DNA of 64,000 nucleotides from Octopus bimaculoides (GCF_001194135.2 NC_068989.1:17009830-17073829); one strand, 5' to 3'. Shown: positions 11,218 through 26,200, counted from the stretch's first letter. Made by a program: numbers and translations. Notes: generated from the sequence alone by a model not told the origin.

Positions 11218-14200
11218 GTCTTTGCACAGCTTCTAACTCTCGAGATGTACTATGGTGCCAGCTGTTCACTACCAGTGAACTAAGGTAACACCCCTTATTT
11301 TTCGAGCGGTTCCAAGCAGTACTGTTTTCTGCAAGTGCTCCACCCTTATTGTAGCCCCTATTTGTTCCATGGGCTTCTCAAGATTTTTACTCACCGTTCC
11401 CAGGAATCCGACAGTTATTGGTACTACTACCACCTATTTCAGCAACCACAACTGCTTAACCTCTCAAGCTAACCTGTGATATCTATCGACTTTTCTTTCT
11501 TCCTTATCGCATACCTTGTTGTCAGCTGGGCATGCTATATCTATGGTCCAGCATCGTTTTCTTTCTTTCTCAATTAACACTATGTCTGGTTTCCTATTCT
11601 CTATTTTATGGTAGCACTGAATCATAAAATCCCATAGGATCTTTGCATTATCATTTTCGATGATGCCTTCGAGTTTATGTTCGTATCACTTTTTTACTCT
11701 GTGAAGTCCATACTTGTTGCAAAGTGTCCATTGGACAATCCTTGCTATGTTGTCACGATGTCTCTTATATTTTTTCTGAGCTAGTGGCGTACATTGACTG
11801 GTAATATGCCATACGGCTTCACCATTTTGTCCACAAATTCTGCACTTATCACTTTATTATGTATTGCCTATTCTGTATTTGATGTAATTGGTTCTTAATG
11901 CTTGCTTTTGAGCATCACAGATTAGAGCCTCAGGTTTTAAATCACTTTTAGTCATCCATAGCCATCTTTTTTCTCTGTCTGTCTTATCTTCAACATCCCT
12001 ATGAGATTCATCATGTATTCTTTTCTTTATCCAACTATTTTCAGTTTCATTCATTCTCAAGTACTTGTGCAGTGCTTTATCTTTGCAATCTTCCATCCTA
12101 CACTTCTAATAATAGCGGTCCTGTGGCATTTTTTACATACCATCCTATGTTGTTTTCTTCTGCTCTAATGCTGTGTTCGCATCCAATCAGTCCTCTTCCC
12201 CCTCTTTTTCTTGGTACATACAGTCTGTCATGTCACTTTTTGGGTGGACTATCCCATATCTAGTTAGCAACTTCCTAGTCTTTCTGTCTAAGCTGTTTAG
12301 TTCGTCTACTGTCCATGCAATTACCCCTGCTCCATATCTAAGTAGTGAAACCTCCTAGGCGTTGATAGCTTCAATCTTATTCCGTCCGTTTAATTTCGGC
12401 TTAAGAATCAGTCTCATCCGGCGCAAGTACTCTACCTTAAATTTTTCTGTCATTTTTTCTACATTAATTTATCCATTTCCAATATCCAACAGTACTTATA
12501 GCCTATCTTTTCTATCTACTTCATAACACCCCTCCCCCGACGGTATCGCTAGCCCGTTCATACATTTGATTTTGCCTCTCTTCAAGACTAACACACCATA
12601 CTTTTTCAGTCCGAACTCCATTCTGATATCAGCACTGAAAATATACACTGTATCAACGAGTGAACTAACTGCTATTCATCTTTACTACAAAGTTTGAGGT
12701 CATCCATAAATAAAAAGTGGTTGACTTTTTCTGGGCGGCCTTTGAATACATACCCAGAATCAGTGTTAATGGTATCATACACAGTACAAAGATCAGTGGG
12801 GACAGACAATCCCCTTGGAAAATGCCTCTCCTGATTTCCATTGTCCCTAAACTTCGATGTCACAGCGAATGTGACATCGAAATCACGCGTAAACGGCTCC
12901 TTTCCCCAGAAAAGGAAAGATTTGGCTGTTATTTCTTGCACGCCCTGCTACCATGTAACAGGTATTTTGTGTTCTTTATCGCACATAGCTGTTACGTGGT
13001 AGAAGGACATACTAGAAATAGCAGCCAAGTCTTTGGAGGTGAGATACGTTGAATGCACTCGAAAAAACCTATGGAAAACAATTATTTCACACCGAGGTTA
13101 CAAACGGGTCATTTTGACTTTAAAATATTTTGAAAGTATGTCCCCCTCTAATTATTGTAATGGTATTCACTTGAAAATAAAAAAAGGAACATTAAAATAT
13201 TGTCTGTTTAAAAGCTAAAATATAATACTTACTGTACAAACAACTTACATTTTTGAAATCACATTCACTTAAAAATATTTCTTAATGATTAAAATATTGT
13301 TTATAACAAAAGCGAAAATAGAAACATTTACTGTAAAAACCAGATTGTATTTTTTCGTGGTCAAGTCAGTGTCTAATCGAAAGGTAAGAGTTTCTTCCCT
13401 TCCATGGTTAAGTTAGTTTCGGAATATTTTCCCATTATGCACTGTTTTGGGTATTTATACCCCGAAAACCCCTAATATCTCAACAAACACTTGTCCGATT
13501 TAAGCGAAACTTTTTTTATTCCGTTCGTACTCACGTTTCAGGGGATTCCAAATTCATAGTATTTTCGCATTATGCACCAGTTTTGCTGGGTAACACTGCA
13601 AGCAAGCAAGCCAGCAAGATTCAAGTTCACTTTTAATGTATTGTAGGTAATCTTTCTACTCCTGCCCTTGGATAGAGTCCTCCATATTGAATTCCTTCCT
13701 AGTTCTTCTGTCTAGCTTTGCTAATCCAGTTTTCGCCCAATATACAAAAGCTGCTGAGTATCTAAGTAATGATATTGCCCAAGTATTTACAGCCTTCATT
13801 AGATTCGAACCATTTAGCTTTGACTTCATTAGCTTCTTCACCCTCCTGATGCACTCCTTCTCAATTTTCGTTTTCATTTCTGGAGTTAGTACTCTGTCAG
13901 ATTCTAATACTCCTAGATACTTATAACTCTCTCCTCCTTTCAATGATTTTAATGTCTGGCCATCTGTTGATACCTGTCCCCTTCGCATGACTAGTATTGC
14001 ACACTTATCTATGCCAAATTCCATGCCTATATCTTTGCTGAAGAGTCTTACAGTCTGTATTAAGGAATTTATCTCTTTTTCATTCTTATTAAAAAGCTTC
14101 AGATCATTCATGTAGAGCAAATGGTTATTTTTTCCATGACTATTTCTGAACTGACACCCTGCCTTTGCCTTCCTTAATACTAAACTGAGAGGGAACAAAC

Positions 14201-17200
14201 ATAAGACAATTATTAAAGGGGACAACGAGTTCCCCTGGAAAATTCCTCTTTTGATATTAACTTTCCCTAAGAGTGTGTCATCTGAGTAGAGATATACTTT
14301 CCATTTCTTCATGCTACAGCTAATTAATTATTTTATGTTGTCTGCTATACTGAATATACTCAAACATTCACTTATCTATGAATGTGGAATCATGTCATAG
14401 GCTTTCCTATAATCTATCCATGCTGTTGTTAGATTTTTCTTTCTAGCTTTTATTTCATTTAGAACTGCTTTGTCTATGTATAGTAGATCATGCGTTCCTC
14501 TAGCCTTCTTCCTGCAACCTTTCTATTCTTCTAGCAGTAAATTCTGGTTGTCAAGGTGCTCGTAAATGCTTTTTGAAAGCATTCCTGTTAACCGCTTCCA
14601 CACTAATGCTAAGCAAGGGATTGGTCTATAGTTGCTAGCTGTATTACCTTTGCTCTTATCTTTCATGATGAGTATTGTCCTCCCTCTAGTCATCCAATCT
14701 GGTATTATTCCTCAATTAAGGCAGTCTTGAAGTTGTTCCCTCAGCCTTCCATGTAAACTCCTAAATTTCTTTATGTAGTACTCTTGAACTAAATCTGGTC
14801 CTGGGCCTTTCCGATTTGGCATTTTACTCATTAATGCACTAGTTAGTCTTAGATCTGGCTACTTCTCACTCACTACTTCTTCCCTCACTTTCTTTAACCA
14901 TACTGCATCTCCATTATGATTGGCTGGTTTATTCTTAATATTACTCCAGAACTTTCTAACTTCTTCTGCAATAGGTTTCTCATCTTCAGTACTTCGTTCT
15001 CCACTATTTATTTGGTCATAAGATCTCCTCTAGTCTTAGCATGCTGGACAAAATGCTTAGTGTCATTTTTTCCATCTTTCTATTCTGAGTTCAAATTCTG
15101 CCAAACCTGACTTTGCCTGTCATCCTTTCAAGGGCAATAAAATAAATACCGGATGAACAAAGGTGTTGATGTAATTTCAGACCTTGTACCCATAGTAGAA
15201 AGGGTTATTATTATTATTATTATTATTGAGTGAAAGAGCAATGCATGCCATCAAAGTGACACTAGGGTACAAATATACGAAACCCAATATACCCACCTGA
15301 TAAGGGTACACCAGGCACATGCATCACAACCATATGTGCATGTCATGGTGATTTTGCATCAAGGTAAATAGCGCATGACCTTGCAGGTGGGGCCCAGTTA
15401 GAATTTAAGGATGTTGAACAAAACACCCATGTTTCCAGAGGTGAATTATTCAAGCCCCAAAGAATTTCTCTCAACACATGGCTATGATGCTCCACCACTA
15501 CTTCTGCTCATGATCAGAGATGCACATATCGTCAGCTACAAAGGCCATGCTCAACTGATTACGGTCAAGTAACTGACAAGCAAATATGTGGTACTGAGCA
15601 GAATATTTGCTGTAGCCCATCTTTTTATACCAAGACAAAACAATATCCATGATAACATTTCCAATCAATTAATATCAAAAGCCATGAGAGCCAGTGCTTA
15701 GCACTGTATCTTCTTCTTCTTCTTCTTCTCCTCCTCCTTCTTGAGAGAGCAGTGCATGCCATCAAAGTGAGACTGGGGTAAAATATACGAAGCCCAGTAT
15801 ACCCATCATGACTACCCGAGAGCCATGAAAGCCACTGCCTGGTAATGCATATTATTATTATTATTATTATTCCTTCGTAACACAGTGTAAGTAAAAATGC
15901 ACTGGAGTCTTTAGTCATCTGTCAAATCACAACAAGGATATCAGACAGATAATACTTAATCCCTTAAGATGTGCGCTGTGTCCAATAAGGCTGCTTTTTG
16001 CAAGACATCAATATTGCATGGGATTTCCATCTGCCTTAAGAAGTTTTGAAGTTTCAATGAGATTGAGCCCATCGCTCTGATCACCACTGGTATCACTTTT
16101 ACATTACCCTCTCGCATTCCTTAGTCTTGCCATTTCCCCTTTCAATTCGGAGTACCTGGTGATTTTTTTCAACCTCTTTACTCACAACAGTCTTGTCATT
16201 TGGTATAGCTACATCAATGATCTGACACTATTTGTCTCTCTTATTCAATATGACAATATCCGGACAACGGTGTTCGATTACACGATCTGTCCGAAAATCA
16301 TATTCCCAGAATACCGTTACTTTTCCATCCTCCTGCATAACTTTACTTGGTACATGCTCATACTAGTTCTCTGTTACTTCATATTGATATTTATAGCATA
16401 AGAGCCAGTGAAGATACACACACACTTTATCGTGGCGGCTCTTGTATTCTTTTCGTGCAAGGCTCTCACATCCATTTACCGATTGGGTCACATTTTCCAC
16501 ACTCTTTCCACAGTCTGCATTTCTGGGTGTCAGAGGTTTTATAGAAGTTATACTTCACTGAATTGGTAGCAAGAGCCTGATCTTGTACAGCAATGATCAG
16601 GCTTTCGGTGGTATGCTTCAAATCACCTCGCTCAAGCCATGCTCATGATGCTGTATTATCCTTAACATCCTGTCTATTCCTTTCAAACTGTCCATGCATT
16701 CTCATTTCATGAAAGTCTTCTTTTCTCTTCCCCTCAGCTCTTTGGTTAAACTCTTCTTTGCCCATCATTTCATCTGCATTTACACCCATATCTTTCGCGG
16801 CGTATTGCAGCAGATCTTCATCACTATTTATCAAATACTTGGCAAGTGTTCTCCTTTCACTCTTTATACAATGGTCTATACTAATTAGTCCTCTGCCACC
16901 ATTCTTTCTTTTCATATACAGTCTATTTACGTTTGCTTTAGGGTGTAGCGCCCCATGCAGTGTCATCAACTTTCTCGTCCTTCTATCCAGTGTTGATATT
17001 TCCTCCTTAGTCCATTTGAGGATGGACGCACTATATCTGACCACCGCAACTGCCCAGATATTCATTGTGGTAATCAAATTTTTGGCATTCAGGTTGGATT
17101 TCAACACCATCTTTACCTGTTTTGATACGCCTCACTGACCTTCACTTTCATTTCTCTGTGTAGAATGTTATCCGGCTCCAAAATCCCTAAATATCTGTAC

Positions 17201-20200
17201 CCACTACTGTCAGGCCCACCCATGGTCTCTCCTGATGGTAACCACAATCCTCTGCCAGATGCTTTCTTCCCTCTTTTCATATTAAGTATTGAGCATTTGG
17301 TAATCCCAAATTCCATACCGATGTCCCTACCACACTTCTTGACTGTTTTGGTTAAGGAATCTATCTGTCTTTCAGATTTCCGAAACAATTTCAGGGCATC
17401 CATATACAGAATATGGTTCATTGGTAACCCATCTTAACCTTCCTAAGTGTCATTGTTACGGGTATTAGTGAAATTACAAATTGTAATGGAGAAAATGAGT
17501 CACCTTGGAAGATTCCCCTTTGAACTTCTCCAAGGAATACATTACTTGAATACAAATAAGGTTTTTCACTCTTTCATGCTATGCATCTGAAAATTTGTGA
17601 TGTCAGCAACACCAAATATCTGCAGGCATTCAACGAGCCAAGAACGAAGCATCATATCATATGCCTTCTCAAAGTCGATCCAAGCCATAGATATGTTTGT
17701 ATGATGTTTTTTTTTGTTTTTTTTAATGTTTTTTTTAAAAATGATGATTATTATTATATGTTCATGTGTTCAGACATAGTTTAATATTCTTCTTCTTGGT
17801 ATGATATGAAGAAGTTTAACTGCACAAGAATAATTTTTGGGAGTTGTTTTCATATAGGAAGAAAATAAAGATTTATTTTGGAAGTTTATTAAAACAAAGT
17901 TAACAGGAAAAGAAAAGGTTTGTTGTTAGATAAATTTTCTTTTCTTTTCCTGTTTTTGTTTTGCGTTTTTTTTTGTGTTTGCACACATTTAAAATATGGT
18001 GATCATTAATGCCCATCAAATCAAGGACTATTGAAGGTGACTGTATTTCTTTGGAATTTAGTGACAAAACAGGCATACAAAAAAAAAAAACATTTTGAAG
18101 CATAATACATGAACCTTGTAGGGAACAAAATATGAACAATTCTATAGAAAATAGTAGTCAAGGGTAGTGCTAATGACATATTTACCAAAAACAACAAGAA
18201 AAACACCAGAGAGATAGAGAGAGAGGGAAAGAGAGAGAGAGAGAGACAAAGAGCAAGCGTGGGGTAGAGAGAGAGAGAAAAAGAGAGAGACAGACTGAGA
18301 GTGAACGAGGGAGATGGAGAGAGAGAGAGGAGCAGACAGACAGAGAGCGAGCGAGGGAGATAGGGAGAGAGAGAGAAAGAGAGAAAGAAAACCTTTGTCA
18401 AATGAAAGTACCAACAGAAATTTGAGTGAAATTGCAGTTTTGTGTTTTGCAAAAAAATTTGCAACAGACAAACTCTTGCTATGGAACATTAGTTAGATGA
18501 AAGAAAGACCACATGACTGGACTATATGAGAAAAGAGGTGTTTTGTATCTGAAGCTGCTATACAACCATGAAAAGGAAAGAAATGATCTGCTTGTACATT
18601 ACCAAAGCAACTGGAGGCAGCTCTCACTGATGCCTATAAGGAAACAATGGACAAGGAAGGGCATATGGTTCAATATCTTCATTTGCTTTGATGTTCGTTT
18701 CTTTTCCATGTTGGTATGTGTGGTATTATGCAAATGTAAAATGTTCTAAGCTCAAATACAGTCGTATCAAATTTGGTTCATATCCTACCACGTTGAATAA
18801 ATTGAGTACCAGTAATATATTATGGTCAATTGAAATGACTAGCTTACTAATTATCATTATCTCCATTTCAGTGAACATCTCTCAGTTTAACAGCTGTTTT
18901 ATCTTTTTAGTTGCTAACTCTATTAGAATGTCTGTTGATTAGAATATTAATATATTGGCTTGGAAGAAACGAAGCCAGTATGCTCTGCTGGATGGGTAAT
19001 GTCAGTGTGGATATATGACAGTGTAAGTCATTTGAGAGAAAAACTGGTATTTGAGGCATCAGATGTAGTGTGCAAGAAAGGAGACTGTGCTGGTATGACC
19101 ATGTAATCTGTAGGAATGAAGACAGTTACATCAAGAGGTGCCAATCTCTAATTGTGGAAGGAACATGTGGAAGGGGTAGACCCAGGAAGACTTGGGACAA
19201 AGTGGTGAGAAAGGATCTGCAGATGCGACTCACAAAGGGGATGACAAGGGATCAAGATACCTGGCAGTTTGCTGTGCTTGAAAAGACATGTCAAGCTAAA
19301 TAAAAGTGTGGTTGTCCTTGCATGCACACTTGTCTCCTGCATCCCTCTCTAGCTGAGCATTCCTAATCTTGCAGGCTCACAGGTGCTGGTGCCATGTAAA
19401 AAGCACCTGTACTGGTGCCATATGAACGCACCCTTACTGGTGTTGTGTAAAAGCACACAGTACACTTTGTAAAGGGGTTGACATTAGGAAGGACATCCAG
19501 CCTTGGAAACCATGCCAAAACTGACATGGAGCCTGGGCAGCTCTTCAGCTGGCCTGCTCCTGTCAGACCATCCAACCCATGCCAGCATTGAAAATGGACG
19601 TTAAATGATAATGATGATGATGATGATGATAGATATATTAATTTTGGAGTATTGATATTATGAATGGTGTGTTTTGATTCTTGATGATTATAGTAAACCT
19701 TGTTCGAGGCTTTGTGAGTCATGTGACTGTAGATACTGTGAATTCTATAGGTTGACTGTCTATAAACACATATATAAACGCTATCATCATATTAAGCCAT
19801 CTGACAGATTAAGGAAGACTGTTACCCCTGCAGACTATAGCTAATAATCCATAGATGGGTTGTTTCCTCCATCTCTATCTACCACCCATACTGAAATAGC
19901 TCTTGCGTCATTTCTTTCTAGCCACTTGGAGGGTGTGTGTTGCCTTATGCTTATCTCTAACATAAAAGTTGGTCACAGAGGTTTTTTTATGTCCCTTAAC
20001 CCAACTGGTGTGCCCACCTATTTCCTTCTGTGATCATCTGTATAGTGTATCTAATTGCCCTAAATATTTTCAGCTAATCCTGTTGCCTCATAAGTACATC
20101 CCTTTGGAACTCTTCCTTTGTCAGCATTTTTCTTATAAAAATGCAGAAATTTAAGTCTGTATCAACCAGAGACAGTCAACAGTATACACTGGTGCTATAC

Positions 20201-23200
20201 ATCCTTTTCTGTCTAAATGATTTTGAAAGATTATTTCGTAACTTTGCTTGAATCATGTAATAATTAGTCTTGTAATATTTAGATAACTCATACACTGACT
20301 AAATAATTAAAAAGAAGTAATGTTTAACTGTGCTTAAATCTTGAATTAATTAGCTATACATTAACTGCTTCATTTTCTCTAGCTATCTTCTTTCACTGGC
20401 AGAGTTGTTGTTTGGTAAGTTTATTGTTAACTACATCTAATTGAAGTATTTTGTATCTATTGCAACTCAGCAAGCAGCACTCTAACTTTTATTCTCAGCT
20501 AAAGAAGCTAACACAGCAGAACATTACTATAGCATCAATACACACAAATACAACAATATCCCACATGTATTTAAACAAACCATTGACATATCAATATAAA
20601 ACAATATACAAGGCAATTGCAACGCCAAGAAACATCTAAATATACTACAACATTAGAACACTACAACAATACCAACATCCCAGAAGCATATAAATACATG
20701 CTGGATTATGTAATATGTTATCTGAAAAAAAAAAAAAAAATGAGGTGGTCATAGTTGGAGTGTTTTTTGATCATAGTTTTGCTTGATTCAGAGCTAACCT
20801 GGGATAAACAAAAGCTAGCTGACATCAAGCAGTTGTAACATATATGAGAAATATAAATTCAGTTAATATTCTTTGATAAATGTGCTTGCTGAATGGTGTA
20901 AAGTGGTCTTTTGCCACTGTTGTATCTGTCTTTTGACGATGGTTGTCGCTCTGACAGATATTGTTATATTCTGAAGTCGTCGATAGAATAGTTCTATCTG
21001 GCACTGTACGACCCCCCACTCACCCCAGTCGTACAGTGTTATTGTCCTCAAAAGGTTGGATCAATATAACGCTCACTCAATATCATCGTATAATTAATTA
21101 CTATATCAGCACAGACACGACTATCAATACAGTCTACATGTACTTTTGACCGTCAAACCTTCTCCCGTCGACTGGCTACTTGTCTATTTATAATGGCTGG
21201 CGACCACCACTTTTTACCAGGTAGTGGAGTGTACAGTTTCACTATACAACATCTCCCAATTTAATTATTTTATTTAACAATCAGTTTCTTTTATTCATCC
21301 TACCTTCTTTATATATATATACTCACTATCTTTTCTTCTTAGGGTCTACTTTTAGAAATTCAGTGTCTTTTTTCCTTGCATGTGTGATTTTGACTTGTAA
21401 TGGTGTTGGAACCTGAAAAGTGTCATATTGCCAATCCATCAGTATTTCAACTCTTGTTGGTTCCTTTTTAATAACCCTTTCCTTAAGCTGATTTCTGTCT
21501 CCTTTCCATTCCATTTCTACTTCTTACATCATACATCAATCTTCCTATGTATGTTACAATTTCTCCTTTTTCCCAGTATTTCTTACCATTTTTGAACGTA
21601 CTTACATGTACTTTATCGCCTAATCTAAAGAATTTTTACTAGGATGTGTTTTTTCTTCACTGGTAACAGTTTATCGAATACTGACTTTACATTTCTGGCA
21701 AACATTAATTGCTGGTGAACTTCCTTTTGGCACATTTAGATTTGGAGCTACCCTGTATACCCTTCAGAATTGTTGGCTCACGACCTCAACTGTGGCTTCC
21801 TTATAAGCTTTCTTTAAAGCTCTCTTAAAAGTGTCCGCAAATTGTTCGGCTCTTCCATTCGATCTAGGGTGATATAGTACTATTGCTTTATGTTCTAACA
21901 TGAACATCTTGCAGAATCTTTTAAACTCACACGATACAAACTCTGTTCCATTATCAGAGACAATAATATCTGGTATACCAAATCTTGCAAACAGCTTGCA
22001 TAAGAAGTTTATTACCGTATATGAGGTTGGTCGTTTACACTACGTGACCTCAGGCCATGTTGTGTAGCTGTCCACCAGGTTTTAAACTTTCATGTCCATG
22101 CTTGGCCAGTATACAAAACTTCACATCAACGCTTTCATTCTCGAGATGCCTGGGTGTCCCACGTGAAACTCTTTCAGCATTCTCTTCTGTAATGTCTGTG
22201 GTATGACCACCCTCTGAGCATACATTAGTACACCATCACATATAGAGTGCACTCTCACATCTCACTTTATTTCCTTTTGTTGACCACAGTCTTCTATTTT
22301 GTCTCATTAATAAATTTGTCATTTCTTGCGTTTCTTTTTATTTCTTCCAAAGTTACTGGTTGTTCACGCACGATGTTCCTTATCACTTTTTTTGTTTCAG
22401 TTCATCGACCTCGTTTGACTACTCCGTTTATGCTATTGCACCAAGCGCTTATGGATGTATCCCATAAATTAAGTTTCTCCATACATTCGGTGCCAAATAA
22501 ATTCAGGGATTTTTTCAACACATAAACATTCACTTTTTTTGGTTCGACCTTTAAACATTATATAACAAACGCTTTTGCCTGTGAAATATAATTTTCTTCC
22601 CATAACACTGTGCGCTACTTTGTTTGAACTACATAATTTTAGTTTATCCATTTGTTCCCATGTTTTCTTATTTATGATCATATCACTTCCCATGTCTAAT
22701 TGCATTCTGACAGTAGTATTTTCAATTTTCACATTCAAGAATTTTCTGTTTGTTATAGTTACAACTTTTTCTGCTGACAAACTATTTATTTTTTCTTGTT
22801 TCTTCTATTTTTCTATCATTCTAGTTTTGTAGTACAATCTTATGTCCTGTAAACCTGCAGAGAAAACAATTTGCTTTTTTATACGGACGTACTTTTTGCA
22901 GGTGCATCTCACCACATGTCATACATGGGTCTACATCCCGATACTTTTTCTGTTTTTCCAGCAACACTTTATTTGTTTTCCAACTTTTTTGCATTGGTCT
23001 TATGTGGAAACACTCTTTCCATTGAATTTCTTCCATGTCATGCCTTAATTCTAATATCCAGTCACATTCTTCCGACAAAGTCAAATCCTGGTTCATTTCC
23101 AGTTTTGATAGAATTTTCGTTTGGATTTCTGCATTCCTTCTATCTTTCATTCCTTATGCAAAAATCAAACACTTGAAAGAATCTGAAGTAAGCATATCTA

Positions 23201-26200
23201 GCCTAAATCTCACATTCTTTGTTGACTCTGCCTGTGTAAGCAGTGAAGTCTTCATTTTCACTTTTTTCTGTGTTTAAACATTTCTATTTCGTATAAAACA
23301 GTGACCTCTTTTCACTAAACAATTTGCTCAAAATGTCAACTGTGTCAGTGAAATTTATGTCGGACGCTTTTTTGGCAATATGAAGTTGCTATACTGCTGT
23401 TCCTAGTTTTCTTAAAACTAGACACATTTTCATATCCTGACATTCCTTTACAAAGATTTGTTGAGATCTTTGAAAGTAAGCCTTGAAGGTTACTCCTGAC
23501 CTGTGACCATATTTGAATTCTCTTATGGAATTTGCTACATGGTTAGGGGAAAACAAATTCTCCAGATTGGTTATCGATTTCATTAAGTGTAACATTTGCT
23601 GCTGCAATCCTTGTTGTTGTTCTCATTGTTCCTTGAGTTTTTGTTGTTGCTGTTTTTGCAACTCAACTATCCCAGCTAACAAGTCTTCCATATTTTATGA
23701 TTTTCAAAAGTTTGCACAACAAGATTTTTGTTTCTTTTTTGTTGAGGTATTTAATTTTCCACATGAATTAGTTTAAACTCTCTGTGTGAATGTTTTTTTT
23801 CACTCCACGTAAATTTATTTTTCCTCGTCGCCACTGTTGTAAAGTGGTCTTTTGCCACTGATTGCATCTGTCTTTTAACAACGGTTTTCGCTCTGACAGA
23901 TATTGTTATATTCGAAAGTCGTTGATAGAATGGTTCTATCTGCCACTGCACGGCCTACAGTGTTATTATCCTCAAAAGGTTAGATCGATATAACATCCAC
24001 TCAGTATCACAGTATAATTACTATATCAGAACAGATATGACTATCAACACAGTCTATGCGTACTTCCAACCTTCTTCTGTCGACTGGCTACTGGTCTATT
24101 TATAATGGCTGATTGCTACCACTTTTTACCGGGCAGGGTGTACAGTTTTGCTATACAACACAGAATCATTAGCATACTGGACAAAATGCATAGCAGCAAT
24201 TTGTCCATCTCCGAACATTCTGAGTTCAAATTCCATCAAAGTTAACTTTGCCTTTCATCCTTTCGGAGTCAATAAAATAAGTACCAGCTGAGCATGGGAC
24301 AATGTAACCAACTTACCTATTCCCTTGGAATTGCTGGCCTTGTGCCAAAATTTGAAACCAATATTTTTTTGATAAATGAATGAACGCTACAAAACCCTAT
24401 TCTGACCAGTTAATAATTATCTTTAATCATGCAGTATCAAATAGTTAACTCCATTTAGATACTATTACACTGAAGAAATATATATGCATTTATTGCTATA
24501 TTTAGAGAAAGAAATCTTTACTGTTGCAATTTATTTAAATAATATTTTAGAAAAAAGAATTTGCTAGTATAGAAAAAAATTCTGCATATAAATGGAATGT
24601 TTTGGGATTTGTTGAATAGTATATATATTTTTATCTTTTGTTGTTTATGTTGAAATAACCACAGGAATGACTTGAATGTTGAACAGTCACAAGCACTTAT
24701 AGATGCTCCAACGCTGAATGATGTGAGAGAGTAAGTATTTATCTTAAAAATTACATTTCATCATACTGTCGTTTCTGAAGGTTCATCATTTGATAAAGGA
24801 AGCAGTTAAATTGTCAACTTTGCCTTTAATTCCTCCAGGTCCAATAAAATATGGTACCAGTCTAGTAAGCCTCATCAGAAATAATTAATCACTGGTATTG
24901 GTACGCAACTTTAAATTGAGATCTATAAAATATTTAAGTGCTGTATTAACACATCCATGCTGGTGTTGCATGAACATACCTGTGCCAGTGGCATGTAAAA
25001 AGCACCCAGCACACTCTGTTAAGTGGTCGGCATGAAGAAGGGCATCCAGTCATAGAAACCATGCCACAACACACAGTTGGAATCTGGACAGCTTCTTGCT
25101 GTCCAGCTCCATGTCAAACAGTCCAACGTCTGCTCTCTATACTGGCATGGGTTGGACTGTTTGAAATGGAGCTGGCTAGTAGAGAGCTGTCCAGACTCCA
25201 ACTGTGTGTTGTGGCATGGTTTCTATGACTGGATGCCCTTCCTCATGCTAACCACTTAACAGAATGTGCTGGGTGCTTTTCATGTGCCACTGGCACAGGT
25301 ATGTTCATGCAACACCAGCATGTGTGGCACCAGTACCTGAAAGGACAAGCCTGTATGTGTGGAAGATAGCAATTTTACTTAGCTTCACATGTCTTATCAA
25401 GTACAGCAAATTGCCACATCTCCCATCCCTTGTTATTTCCTCAGTGAGCCCCAGCATCTGAAGATCAGAAACAAACAAACAAAAAAAAAAATAGATAGGA
25501 TATTCAGAAATAGAAATAGAACATGTCAGTTTCATGAAGGCTGATGCAGGAAAAGAACAAAACTGAGTCTATAAAATACTTTTATACATTGTTTACATTT
25601 TATATAATTGCCATAAAATGTACTCAAAAATGTTCTTGTCACTGTTCCTCCTCCCTTAAAATTCTTAGGTTGTATGTGTACCCTGGGATTGTTGTTGTTG
25701 GTACTCAGTCGCTAACGACATCTAGGGTTCCAGTTGATCCGATCAACGGAACAGCCTGCTCGTGAAATTAACGTGCAAGTGGCTGAGCACTCCACAGACA
25801 CATGTACCCTTAATGTAGTTCTCAGGGATATTCAGCGTGACACAGTGTGACAAGGCTGACCTTTTGAATTACAGGCACAACAGAAACAGGAAGTAAGAGT
25901 GAGAGAAAGTTGTGGTGGAAGAGTACAGCAGGGTTTGCCACCATCCCCTGCCGGAGCCTCGTGGAGCTTTAGGTGTTTTCGCTCAATAAACACTAACAAC
26001 GCCTGGTGTGGGAATCGAAACCGCGATCCTATGACTGCGAGACCACTGCCCCAACCACTGGGCCATTGCGCCTCCACACCCTGGAATTAGGTAACTGGTA
26101 AACATACCCTACCAGAAAGATCAAAACAGTTTTAGCAATAAAATTAGAGGTATTGAATTTCTTTTAATATTTTTAATACTGTTGTACTTGGGGATGGTCA

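Noticed and set aside
18513-18749. 78-aa ORF as a possible extra CFAP119 exon
   Set aside because: No convincing splice pair or homology, and exons 1 and 2 already join in phase.
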